In this document: positions 12,601-25,800 of the stretch, piece after piece
Position numbering within the stretch: position 1 is the stretch's first letter
How the letters are laid out: each line of letters opens with the position of its first letter
Source of the DNA: Phoronis australis
Lineage: Eukaryota > Animalia > Phoronida
Direction: 5' to 3'
Assembly: GCA_002633005.1 (NCBI GenBank)
Contig: NMRA01000107.1
Coordinates: forward strand, 807,872 to 871,871
DNA length: 64,000 bases
Notes under the pieces: model-generated
What the model was told of the DNA's origin: nothing
Databases searched by the model: none
What the model saw: the letters and a program-made list of their open reading frames with translations, nothing else
Made by a program: the position numbers and the translations under genes

Positions 12601-15600
12601 AATAGATTATCCGTGGGATAAGAATACGTACACCACAATATTAGCAGATACAACCGTGTAACAACTCAAGGGAAACCGAGGCCACTTTCGAACCCGGGCC
12701 TCAAGAGTTTCGAGTCGCCGACTTTACCACTACACCACTCAGCGGCGGACGACATCGAACGTGAAAATAGAATACTTAAATGAGCACGCGCAACAATCGC
12801 ATGTTCAGCAAAGGCAACGTACCGACATTTATACGATTTGAAAAATAATAATTTCCACAAAAATGTATCTTAATTCAGTGAATTGTTTCTCTCGTGTTCT
12901 CTCACTTGTAAATCACCGATCTCCAATTTGAATGCGGGCGTGCGTTCAGTAGACGCTAGGACCCACGCTAGGACCTAGCTAAAACCTAGTCAAAGTCACG
13001 TGTTCTCGTTTAAAATGCACGGCAATATCTCACGTAATCTCGCGAAGTCTTGCTTTTTAGCGAGGTCCTAGCGTTACTGAACGGGAGGCGGGTATCGTGT
13101 CGTCGGGATCCTTTGACTTGAGCATTATACTCAGTTACTATTAGTAATCTACTTTAGCAGACGATATTTTCCCGGTCCAAGCTTAGAGTGATTAAACGTG
13201 TAGTAAGCTATAATAGTTGGTAAACCTTAATTTATAGATTCAATTTATAGCTCGGGTTTTCTTAAAAGGTCACGACCTTCGACTCCGGGCCTCTGACATA
13301 GAAAGTAGTTACAAAACCGAGGCGAGTCGAGAAAGGTAAATCGATTCATTGCAGTATTTCTCGTTCAGTATGTGGCGATAAATCTCCAAAATCCACTCGG
13401 GCTCTAGATAACGGGGGATAACGACTTCGCCATGTAATAATCTATATGTATCAGGCGTTTGACGAACGTTCATATACATTCTCTTCAGACAGGATGTGAA
13501 CGATTATTGTTATGTAATACCTTAGAAAATATGTCCAAATTAGGCGAATTTCTGGATAATCGTATCTCAAAAATGACACAACAGAATTTTCAGACCAATT
13601 TGTTATGTGTGCTGTTCTAAAACAAATTAGGAACTATGGATATATGAATTGTTTTTTGAATGTTCCACAGTTTGGCGGTATGATGGTATATCTAAAATAG
13701 GGCAGTTATGATTTTTTATAAGTTGGTCCAACTTACTTCAAGCACTTACAACACTAAAAAACAACATGTCTACTTTGTAAGCGAAAGATTGCAGAAATAA
13801 TGTAACGAAAAATTGAAACAGAAGTTAGAGGGAGAACTCAGCATCATTACAATAAGAAAATCTAGTTAGAAAATTAGTGGAATGAACTGACACGCAACAG
13901 ATCACGTACGAAGGCCTATCTGAAGGTCACAATGGAATGTTTGTGGTTGTGGCTAAAATTTAAAAGATCTTAGGCTCTTCGTGCAAGCATTTGCGAAGGA
14001 TTTTTACAGCTTGTTGGAGAATCTTAAAACGATAACGTAAGAGTGATTTTGGAAAGAAATGGAACAATATTACCAGCACTCGCAGTTAGTATTCATTGTA
14101 AGAAATGTAACGCATTGATAGCCTTTAAGTAGCTTTACATTTCCATGTGCTTTGATTGTTTAGGAAAAAAGTGAGACCGCCAGTGTCTTGTTTTGAAGGA
14201 AACCGGCAAATTTTCCACCTGCCAATACATGTAGGTGCAAACACTTATTAACACATTGCCACCAAGTACAGAATGGTGCTTGTTACACCAATACACGTGT
14301 GGTCCCTATGACGATCTCGGAAACAACAAATGAGTGAGAACCTGCTAAAAGTAGCCCAAGCCATTCACTTGAGGCACAGAGCGCCACAGTTGTCGTTCTT
14401 GTCGTCACCAGAGGTTTCACTTTGCCGTTATACGCTATTTATCTATAGCTACTATGGCCATTGTGCTATTATATCTGGTCAATTAGACTCGTATAAAATA
14501 TTAATTTTAGTTTAAATGACATTGCAGGTAAGACATAAGAAAAGTTATTGCAGATTGGTTTATTGATAGGATTATAATTAAAGACAATACCTGCAACGCT
14601 TTTACTCCCTTTATCGGTGAATTCGAGGCTAGAACAAAAATGGCAAAGATGACTCGGATTATAAACCAATCTCAGTTAATACTTTTATTTACCCAGAAAT
14701 GATTAGTGAACAAGGTTGGGTTGGGTGGCCCCAGCTACATATCCTTACAACATAAATAAGAATGCATAATACGGAACAAATAAACATTCCGAAAAGAACT
14801 CATAGTGATTGGGCATTCAAAATAACATGAAATTATTATGAAAGAATGGTAAAAGAATGGGGAACGGGAAAACTGGATGTATATTTATTTTAAAACAAAA
14901 ATTTCGTGATAATTAGCTCACTTCGAAAACGAAAAGGCGTGGTCATGCTTCGGAAGTTCTGAACGATGTTTCGTCATATAGCTTTGTAGTCCTTCCAAGG
15001 CTGGTTTTACATCAATATATTCGAACCCAGTCGAGGTGGATTGTTTGTTTTTTTCATACCAGGGCGACCCAGCCGGAGACTGAAATGTAACACATGATTC
15101 AGATCCGAAAATTAACGCACCACAAGCCTGTAAAGTAAGCACCATGTATGTAGGTCTTTGATGAAAACCAGTAGGTCCTGTTATTGAGCAATTGCCGATT
15201 ATAGTTATGAAGAGGAATGGTTGTACTGTATGAACAAACTAAAATGTGCAGAACCGGCATTATACATGTAGGTGACACGCAAGGACGCATTTGGAACACC
15301 TCGGGTGTATCTTCAAATTTCACCTCAGAGATCAACATTATCTGGGCATGTGAGAACTTCCATAATATGACCTGTAATTCTGCAGTTTAAAAGTCCCATG
15401 TTTTTCCTCATAACTGAAGTCCGCATATGCGTAGACAACGTTCACTTCTCTTCCGAGGGGAAATTTGAGGCTACAAAATCCCTAGGTGTTCGGAGGGACT
15501 AGGGAGAACTGATTATTATTATTAATACATAGCTGTCAAATTGAGACTTATACCGATGATTGTCGAAGCTATTAATAAATAAACCCAGGCGCAAAACACC

Positions 15601-18600
15601 TGTATACCGCCTTAATCAAAAGAGGACAACGGAAAATGACAGTGTTTTATGGGACACAGTGTTACGTCCATTATTCGTTTTTTCCGAATATTCCGAATAC
15701 CAGATGAACCCATAAAACTGGCAAAGTGTTCCAATCGACTTCTGAAGACACACTGGGCACAATCACGGAAATTACCATTAAAAAAAGTCTAGAGTTAGAG
15801 GAATGCTAAACTCCAATTTCATTTCAGCTTCACTCGATACTCGAAAATGGCCAGGTTAATAGCGAAGGAATTGTACAGTTAGTTTCGCATGGTAAATGAT
15901 GCAGTACGCAGCTCAAATGGCATTGATGAACTTGCGAGGACCAATACGACTGGCGTTTTGATTGTTTTGCTTTGTTACGTCTTTGTTGGATATAACAATG
16001 CGTCGCATGGATATCGCACCTTGAGCGTACATCACACGGTTACCGATAAATGCTTGTCATTATCTGTATTATACCAACGCAGCAAAGGAGACGATAATCT
16101 ACCGATATCTATTCGACCAGCTTGCGACCTGGTTCCGCTTTACAAGATTTCTGATCTTCAACTGGTAGGACGGAATAAGCCGTAACATTCACAAACGTGC
16201 AAAGTTGTTACCCTTGAGTAGCAAAAGGGAAATTGAGCTTCAGTTGGTCAATAACATGTGACTTCTTAGACACTTACCTCGGCTATGACATACCCAGCCA
16301 ACGTCAAAAAAATGTTGATGTTATTATCTTGTATGTTTTGATACAACAGGTCAACCTGAAATTGACGAGAACATACCTTCCTCAACGTTAAGAACACAGC
16401 GATTGAGAAATAACAAACACTGCAGGTGCAGTGCGGATAATTCAAAGAACTGAGTCCAACACACGTTGGCTGTTTCTGCGCAAAGATCACTAAACCGAAT
16501 ATTTCTGAATAGTTTGTTTAAAAGAATAATGCAGCGCTTTAAAATGTGGATTTAGATCGGCGGGTCAAAACAACCTAATTTAAAACACCATTATAATAGA
16601 ATGAAACGGGGTTTTAAGTTAAAACAACGCATAGGATTTCCATTCGGAAGAGAAAAGCAAGAAGTCTTAACTGGCCATATTTCAAATCAAAACATTCGAT
16701 ACTGGCGTGTGGAACGGAATTTCTCTAGGTTATAGTCAAATTGATTGAAACAGCGTGCAAACCACTTTTAGAACTTATCCCGATTCCAGTGTGTAAACGG
16801 GACTGACACAGAGCAAATTGACACCGCGGTGACAGCTTTTGCCACCCGTTTGTGACGTGGGGCAGTTTGCGCTCAAGCATCTCGCTCCGTGTCAATTATG
16901 TGTCTAAACGCGAAACTGGGGCAAGGCGGAAAGTATGGTCTCTACTGCGATTGTGCAATGACCTACATACGGGCTCTTTGTCTCTGCAACTCCGGTATTT
17001 GAAAATCTGCGCATGTGCATTCCACTCTACAGCGAACAACTCCCGTCTTGCCACACTTAATGAAATTGCGTGTGTAAACCGCCACCTGACACCGATCAAG
17101 TTGCTCCGTGTCAGTTGCGCTGGATCAGTAGTTGATGTCTAAACGGGATTTTGGTGACTAGTTACCGACCGTCCGCCTAATTAACCGACTGCGACCAAAC
17201 AAGCAATGGTGTGCTTGGAGTTGTAAGCTCAGCGGTTGCAACTGATGTCGGAAATCTGGATCCCCAAGCTAATTCTGTACAAATTGATGATCATAAATTT
17301 TGGGAAACAAACATCAGATTGGTTCTGATCGCATACATGTAGCAATGTCCAAACTGATAATAGGTTCTGTTTCACAACTCGTTCGCAACTGTTAAGGGGT
17401 GGCTTGGGATTCCCACACACGTACTAGAGCCGAAAGGCACTTTATACAGAGTTACAATAAAATCGGATGCCTCCACTTTGTTTGGAACTTTTCTTTTGGT
17501 GGGATATTGTACTAGGCTCATGTGAGTGGCGAAAACGGAGCACCTTTACTGGTTACAATGGTAGTATAAAGGAAAGCTTTTTAGCTAAGTATACGAGCTG
17601 ACCGGGAAGGCGCTTTGTTAGCACCTTTGTAGCCAAAGTACACACAGGTATTTGTTGTTCGTCTTATGACAGAGAGTGTTTCGACATCAAAGCTTTGTTA
17701 AAAAACGACTAGGGGTGTGAGGAAACAAACTTTCGAATTGAAAACATGGCTCCTTTGCGGTCAGCTAATCTGAAAAGTATAGCGAAACTACAAGCGTTTT
17801 TGCCACTACTTAGTAAGAATAGGCCCTATATGGGACTTCCATAAGAAGATTTCTCCTTTAAAGTCGGTTTTTTACCAAATTTCTACGCACTGTCGACAAA
17901 TGAGTATTTTCTCAGTAGAAACGCAGGCAAACATTGCCGTACTCCTAATTTGGCGTCTGACTGTGGAAACACGAGATGGTGTACGCGTGATAGTATACGG
18001 AGGTACGTGCATAATACGGTCGTGAATCCAACTGGGTTTTCCTCTTAATAACAGCACTGTAACTGACTGTGTCTGATTCATTATTTGTTGTTGGGCCTAG
18101 CAAGGTGGCCACTGTGTTTTTTCTTCTGATGATGGTGTTTCAATGAACGCCGAAACATGTCAGGCCGGCTTAAATTCGTCTTTGTTTTTATTAACATAAC
18201 GATTTAAAGATTTCGTTGTCACCCATATATATTTGCAATAAGACAGGGAGAGGCATTCCACTAGAATGGGTTGCCTAAGTGGGCAACGTCTCGGGAGGCT
18301 ATTGATTTTTGTTACAGCCTCGAATACTGCATCAGGCTATTTGGGATTACCGTCAGCCATGGTTGGCTGGATTTTGAGTCCCGTGTGCTGCGGTATCCAC
18401 TCAACGTGAATTATGTGACATAAATGACAGTTACCAGATCCCACACAGAGACGAAAAAGCGTTATCGCCTCCAAATTTAACATGAACTCGATGTTCAAAT
18501 TTGAATGCGCTTTTGCGAACATTGAGTAACTTTGTTCAACGCAAAAGTCTATTAAAGCTTTTCCCGATACACACCTCTTACAGGTAGAAAAAACGAGGTT

Positions 18601-21600
18601 TTGTCCGCGTCCAAGGGTGGATCCAGGATTTTGAATTAGAGTATTCGCCAGGACTGCCTGTCAAACATTTGCACCCCCGAATGGCTGAATGGAAACTGGG
18701 AGAATTTTAGGGGTGTCCATAGCTCCCTTGCATTTCCTCCCTAAATTCGCCACTGCCGTCCGCTGGGTTCACATAACATACACTAAGTTGAAATAGTTGA
18801 AAAACTAAAATGGACTCATGTTTGAAAAGTATGCATTTCCCTGCGCCAGACTTCACTTTCCTGAAGGTGATTTATTTTCTAATCCCGTGGGGTTACACTC
18901 GTTTTGTTTGCGCTCCTACACGTACTAAAATACAATGCATGGCGATCAAAATTGGAATTACCTTGTGCAAAAAGTTTTATGTTCAACATTGGGTGAAAAT
19001 CTTGACCAGGTAAATAGGTCTAGTTCTGTATGACTCAGTTGCACATGTATTAAGTACACACAATTTAACGGATCACAATATATTTAGTAGTTGCGTTTTC
19101 CGTTGTACTAGCGTATTCAATTAGACATACAACTACTCGAAGACAACGCGAACCCGTAACGTGTTCGTTTTAAGACTGAAAGGTAGTTATCGCATTATCA
19201 GCTGCATACTACGAACTCGGTTTTTTCCCGTTAAGGTTATGAAGACCCCTGAAAAGAGGCAAGTTTGGCTAACTTTTGAGCCTCATATCTTAGAAATGGC
19301 TGCATGGATCTATGTTAAACTTCCAGACACTGTGCTTCACGGACTCTTCTGCGCCTCCTTGTAAGCAACATCATCAAAATACTCCATTTTTGTAAAAAAG
19401 AGGGTTTCATAGAATCATAAAATTGGACATCACAAAACCGACATGATAATTTAAAAAATTGTAACAGGGTTACTTAGATTTCATCTTGAACAATTACAGT
19501 TGTGTATATCATATGAAATTGAGTCGTGTTATTGATTACGTGATTTTGCTCTACATCTCCATGTACATTTACATTTCTTTTTTGTTAATTTTTACCAACA
19601 CATCATGACCTTGTCTCCCGATTAATGACTGTACACCAGGCATGAAGTTCGCAACACAGGCGCAGTAGCTGATTATAATGAGCATAATTGTTTAGCAATA
19701 GTATTGACAATGAAAACTGAAGTCATTGACAAATATATTTTAAATTGGTTTAATTACCTACATTTCGGTGCAAAGTTACAATTTCAGCAACGTGTCATTT
19801 TGCAGAGATGCAATTTTGAAAGCTGAAGAGCTAGACCTTTTAAGCCTAGACCAATCTATAATACTTACTCCATGAATGACGTAAGCAAAATAATGCTTAA
19901 TTTCAGCGATTGTTTTGGTTCTGTCTTGGTTGTTCTTTTTGTAAAACTTTTTCCATAAAGTGTAATCGACCATTACAAGCGATTCAATACCAGCAACAAT
20001 ATTGCCAGCATTTCTTCTCTCACGAACGACCCTGGTGGCTGTAGAAGATATTAACTATTATTTAAACGCAATTAGCGTGCTCGTATTTTGCAGTCAGCCT
20101 TGCATAGAGTCAAGTTAAAAGCTGTACGCAGTCACACATTAAATCGAGTCAGCTAAAGACACCGTGGGAAGATGAAAACAGAATGCATCACTCTTGTATG
20201 GTTATTGCTGCAAATTTTCTGATAAAAGCAAGATAATTTGTTTATTTCTCTCGATTTCATATTGGAAGCAGGTTTCATCAAAACCACGGCTTATCATTAA
20301 GCTTGGAGATTTCTGAATTTTCAAACCACTACTCGTGTCAGAAGCTGACTCTGAGAGGCTATAAATATCATTTCCATAGCAATATATAGGTAGTTGATGG
20401 GCTCTCATTCAAACTATGGACTTCCTGTCAAACGGATAAAAACATCATGGTGAGTATAAACCTGAACGAAAATTACTTCATTTTACATAAGTGCAATGGA
20501 CATTTTCAGCACGCTCATTCGATACGAAGTTCGTTCATTTCCGTGTGACGTTATCATGTGAATTACTACATATAGTAACATCACCTAGTGCAAAGTATTT
20601 GACGGGTTTGCCATATTTTGGAATAAATTGAAATACTTATGCTATCCCGTTATTTCCCATGCTATGTGGATAAGGAGTGATATCGTCGCAAACGTCTCCA
20701 TCGCATCTCCTGCTCACTGTATTCACTTGGAATAAAGAATTAGCTTTCTATGCCACCACGTTGACAGTTTCGGTACACGATCTACATTTACAATAAATAG
20801 AGCTAAAATTGTTCAATCCTTCTTGCTTTTAAGATAAGATTGATACGATTGGTTAAAAGTGTTTTGCTTGGAAACGAGTTTTCTCCAAGTTTAAAGCAGT
20901 GACAAGAAGCTTTAGTATTCTAACAAAATTTGAAATTTGCCGACTGATCTTTTAAATACGGCGAGTAGAGAAATTAATGATGAATGGTCGCAGTCAGGAA
21001 AGAAATTTGATCTTACGCCTATGGTTTTAAGCTAATGAAAGACAGTCCATTAGAAAGAGGAAGGTTCCATTTGGCGCCAAAGCGTTTCTCAAGCTCCACT
21101 TATACATACATATATCGTAGTACGGAAATGCAAAATATTCATGTATCGAATGAGTGTGGTTTAAATCAAATATCCGCGCGTATCGTCATTGAGGTCACGA
21201 TCACGTTGTACAGATACGATATCAGAGACCTTCGGCTACACGTTAAACGCAATCACGTACGTGTGAGTCACCAGTGGTCACAGATTCGTGCTCGTGTACA
21301 CCAAATTCGTGAAAGTCTCACCAAAATGGGCTAAGGTAAGACCTAAATGGCTTAGTCCCTTTTAGTGAGGTTTCTTAGACCAAAAGTGAGACCGAAATCT
21401 TTCTAGCCTTAGACCGAAGCATGCGCGCACACAAGGGGGAGGGGGGAAGAGGGCTCGAATGAGCCCCCCATTCGGCGAATTGGGCAAAAAGGTCAGCTTC
21501 AGAGAAACAAAGGTCCGAGAAAATGAGACAACAGTCCAAAAAAGTGCAGACACACAATTCTGAAGGTGGTACCCCGTTTTTTTAGCCCTTCCGCTTTTTT

Positions 21601-22857
21601 GTAAACAAAAGGTCCATTTATTTAGAAATTCGAGTATCTCCATATTAAAGGGTGGGTGCGTGCATGCGAAACTCAGCCTGTAATGGGACTAATGTAACCC
21701 TAATCCTAAATCAAGGGCTCAAAAGGCACAATCCTGTAGCTAATAGGCTATTGGACCCGTTTCATGAAAACTGCCTTATGACTTACGATCAACATTTTGT
21801 CAAAGTTAAGAACGAAATTCGGGCTACGTTTAGACCAGAAAAGAAAATTCAGAAAACACCGTTCTATGAACGCGAAGTCAAATTTTGGTCTTCGGTCTTA
21901 ACCTAGACAGAAGTTAAGTCGGTTTTGGACAGAGGTGTGCATACAAACTATGCTGTCTCGTGGCTGCTCCGAATTCATCATACTAAGAGAGGCGGTGAGT
22001 GAATTGCGGTTTCAAAAATAATTTTGGCTTTGGAACTCTAAATAGGGATTTCTGAACATTTTGAATACAACTGCGATATCGTTTGCTTGAGAACAAACAC
22101 CCTGGCATAGCTGAAAAATATCATTTCACACGTGCCGGTACCAATAGAATGTGGGAAATATAAAAAAATTGCTCTTCAACAGTTTACAAAGAAAAAAAAA
22201 CGTGAATGTTGGCCATTTAGACCGACGGTCTATTCTTAAGCCTCTATTCCGTAGCAGCCTGAATCCCGGTCTTACCTTAGACCAATTTCGGTCTTAATTT
22301 TGAACTTAAAGAAAATTCATGAAACGGGGCCAAAACATCTTTGTTTGATATTTGAACAATTCCTACAATTTAAGTTGCAGATTAAAAAACAGATAATTAT
22401 GTTCTTATAATTTAACTATATTTAGCAAGAGGGGGCACTGTATACTCCCTCATTAGCCAATCACAAGCTCAGAGATTGAGAAATGTTGCAACAGACCCTT
22501 TCGATCGCGTTTACACCCAAGTGTATGTTAACAACTGAGTCCATAATTACGTACATTATGATGTGTATTTTTGTTATATAAACGCAAATAGACCAGGGTG
22601 TAAAATTAAAGTGGGATGTATAATTACATCACCTCCAGAGGACGTGTAAATGTTAATTTACGCACACATTTTCACCTGGTGTGTGTGAACGCGATCTAAA
22701 TTTATGCACGGTTGTTAAAGCATGATTACTCTGGGTGTTAGCAAAATTATTTCTGTGACATCATCTCTCCTTTAAGCAGCACCACAAATCTTTGAACGTC
22801 CAAAAATCAAATGTTGTCATGCGGGTTTCATATGGTCTTTTAATGAAATGCTGTTGA

Positions 22858-22888
<31 letters not shown>

Positions 22889-25800
22889 GATACTGCTGTT
22901 GGTGCTGGTATTGCTGCTGCTGTTGCTACTGCTGCTCCTGCTGCTGATACTGCTTATGATACTGCTGCTGTCGCTGTTGCTGCTGCTAGTGTTGGCTGAA
23001 ACTGTCACGGCTTTGTACGCCACGGTTTTACTGGATATGCACAATCCCTAAGAGGTACAATGTACAATAGGCATACTTGTAACTTCATCAGGACTAATCA
23101 GTTTTTCGGTTTGCTTTGGACGCTGAATTTCCAAAAGCCATCGCTTCATGAACGCGACCCGACCAAGCCATATTGTGTTCACATCATAAATGATACAATC
23201 AGTATCAGACATCAAACACCATAAAATAATCGAATGCTGGAATCATGTTGCTGAAACAAAAACCACGAACAAAATAATTCGGACGCAATCCTAAATATGT
23301 GACCCCCATCGATACCACTAGTACTAGACCGCCGCAATTGAGAAATCTCAAATTAGTCATGCACTGGGAACAGGAAACAGTTGCTTTCAAAACTGCGCCT
23401 AGTTACCAACACTGCGGTTACCAAATCCTGTGCGCATTTGTTATCATTTGGCTTTAACTTGACATGTGAATTATCTTATTCGTTTGTAAGGCGCTCGAGG
23501 AATGTTTGGCATAAAACCATGAAATATTTGTAACCCTTTACAAGGCGACATACCTGTATAAGGCTGTATATCGCACTTTTTGAAATTCTGCAAAATTTTG
23601 ATATGTTTACTCTAATGACATTTCATACAAAGTGGGCAAAGTCGTTAATCATATTTTAATTCATTCCGCACACTCGCCCACTTCTGTTTTAACTGAAGAT
23701 ACTTGCTCCATTTTCTACTAAATACCAAGCACCAAAGCAAGAGCAATGTGAACACGTGTTGTCTCTGAGTCTCCCCCCGTTTCAGGTGTTCTTTGCAGAA
23801 CGTGTGAAAGGTCCTTCTGCTGCGAACACCTGTTATGTGGAATTACTGGCCCTAGGCTATGGAGAGAAACGAAATGGGATGAACATACACGCTCTGTGTT
23901 TAGAAGTTTAAGTGGATCGACCAGACAAGAGGTGCATGCGGTTTGTGGACAGTAGCTGTAATGACAACCAACAATAGCAGAATTGTCCACGAACTTCTGC
24001 AATCTCTTTCAGGAAGAGCCTCATGGCTATACAGCTGTATACACACACACAGTAGGGTTCGCCTGAGTTTCAAAAACAAGTATTTGTCCAGTGGACCCGA
24101 CCTACGTGGCAAGTGCGCTTTTACTGATGTTTTTTAGGCACCAGAACGTTTGCAGTCCATTGCGGACGAAGAAATATATCAGAATAAAATGCATAAGCTG
24201 TTCAATGAAGCATGCGAATTCTAGTGCTCCTTCTAGGAGTTTTTTAGCCTTAAGCTGGTCGAAACGAAATTTTGAGCATTGTCAAATATTATACCTGTAG
24301 CAATTCTCTCTGCCTTTTATACACCCGCACTGTAATCTAAAATTCGTACCTTAGGGGATGGTGCAGATGCACTTATAAATAAAATGAAATGAACGGATAG
24401 ATGGATTATTTTGAAACTTACAAATATCTTGGAAGTCAACGAAGGTCCCAGAATTCCGTGACTTCGCCACCTTTCGTTTCTTTACGACCGCCAGTGTGTT
24501 GTCACCAGTCTGTGTGATCTCATAGAGGTCGTCATTGCGCGCGACGTGTCCCGATAACTGAAAATCCGAGCATACTTACCACCGGCTCATTTTATGACGA
24601 AAATAGAACGAACGCCTGTTTACAGTCGTCCGAATTTTGCGCCATTGACTACGGTTACAGTAACGTGCTTTCTCTGGTAGTTTAAAACTTCAGTTGGCAT
24701 AGCTTCAACAATTTCTGCAAACACTAAAACACAGGGAACCTAAACAACTTATCGTCTATCCATGCAGTTGTAGACCGTGTATTATACATGTTCATTGATG
24801 TATAAGGTTTTCTGATTTTACCGTCACGGACATCTTATTGTAAGGTGTTAGATATACTTTGCACTACACCTCCTCAGAAACATAGGTGCATTATCAGTAC
24901 TGTTGTGCTTACCAAACCGCCGGAACGTTTCAGTACAACCAAGGAGCTTTTGTCCACGCTACCAAAGACATCACGGTCGTCGACATCCTATCAAACAAGA
25001 CAACGATAGCCACAATTTCATAAGCACAATCGAAATTTCAAAAGTTTGGTTGAAAATGTAATGTGACATTAAACAGGTGATTTCTGTCAAAGAAGTACAT
25101 GTAAGTTTGGTTTGAACCATATACCGTTGTAAAGTTGGTATTGGTTTGTTCCTTAACTAGTTAAGAATGATATCCGAGTTTAACGGGCAGTCATTTCTTC
25201 AAACCAAGCTCATAAAGTTCCGCGGCACGCTGTCAGGGGCGGATACTGGATTTTGAATTGGGGGAGGGGGCATGGAAGAGTATTTGCCAGGATTTTGCCT
25301 GTCAGACAATCGCATCCCCGGACTGCCAAATGGAGTCTGGGAGAATTCGGAGGGGCATGGCCCCCGTGCCCCCGCCCTCCTTAAATCCGCCACTGGCAGT
25401 TACTTTAAAATTTGGGCGTTTCACCTGAAGAAATGGCGAACTTCCAGTTTGTTTAGACAAGCCCAGAAATCATATCTATTTTGACCTAGAAATGTTTGTG
25501 TCTACTCTTACCCTGAAAGAATTCACGGGTTTCACACCTCTTTATTTTCAGATCATTTGGTAATTTCGTGGGGTAAAGGAACCTATGGCACAGGTGCATT
25601 GATGTAAACTCGATTTAAAAACTAATTGCTGCTCGATCACGCGGTGTTCAATATCTTGTGTGCAGCAACCTTTTGCAAATACGTTTTATTCTCAAACCAA
25701 GTATGTCGTTTTACCATGCTTAATGTGAATTTGACTCAGTGTGCCAGATTGCTTTCATCATACTTCAGTTTATATCGATTACCCCGTCGTGTTTAACCCA

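Noticed and set aside
13450-13492. Minus-strand CTGAAGA-GAATGT...ACGTTC-GTCAAAC hammerhead-like motif
   Set aside because: Core GAAA is disrupted; at best a dead relic.
22817-23051. Poly-Leu and poly-Ser ORFs
   Set aside because: Translations of a trinucleotide microsatellite.
23077-23122. Candidate extra protease exon RPKQTEKLISPDEVT (ag...gt)
   Set aside because: It is phase 0-1, but the upstream exon ends in phase 1, which would give a stop. Exon 24422 splices in frame directly to 20038.
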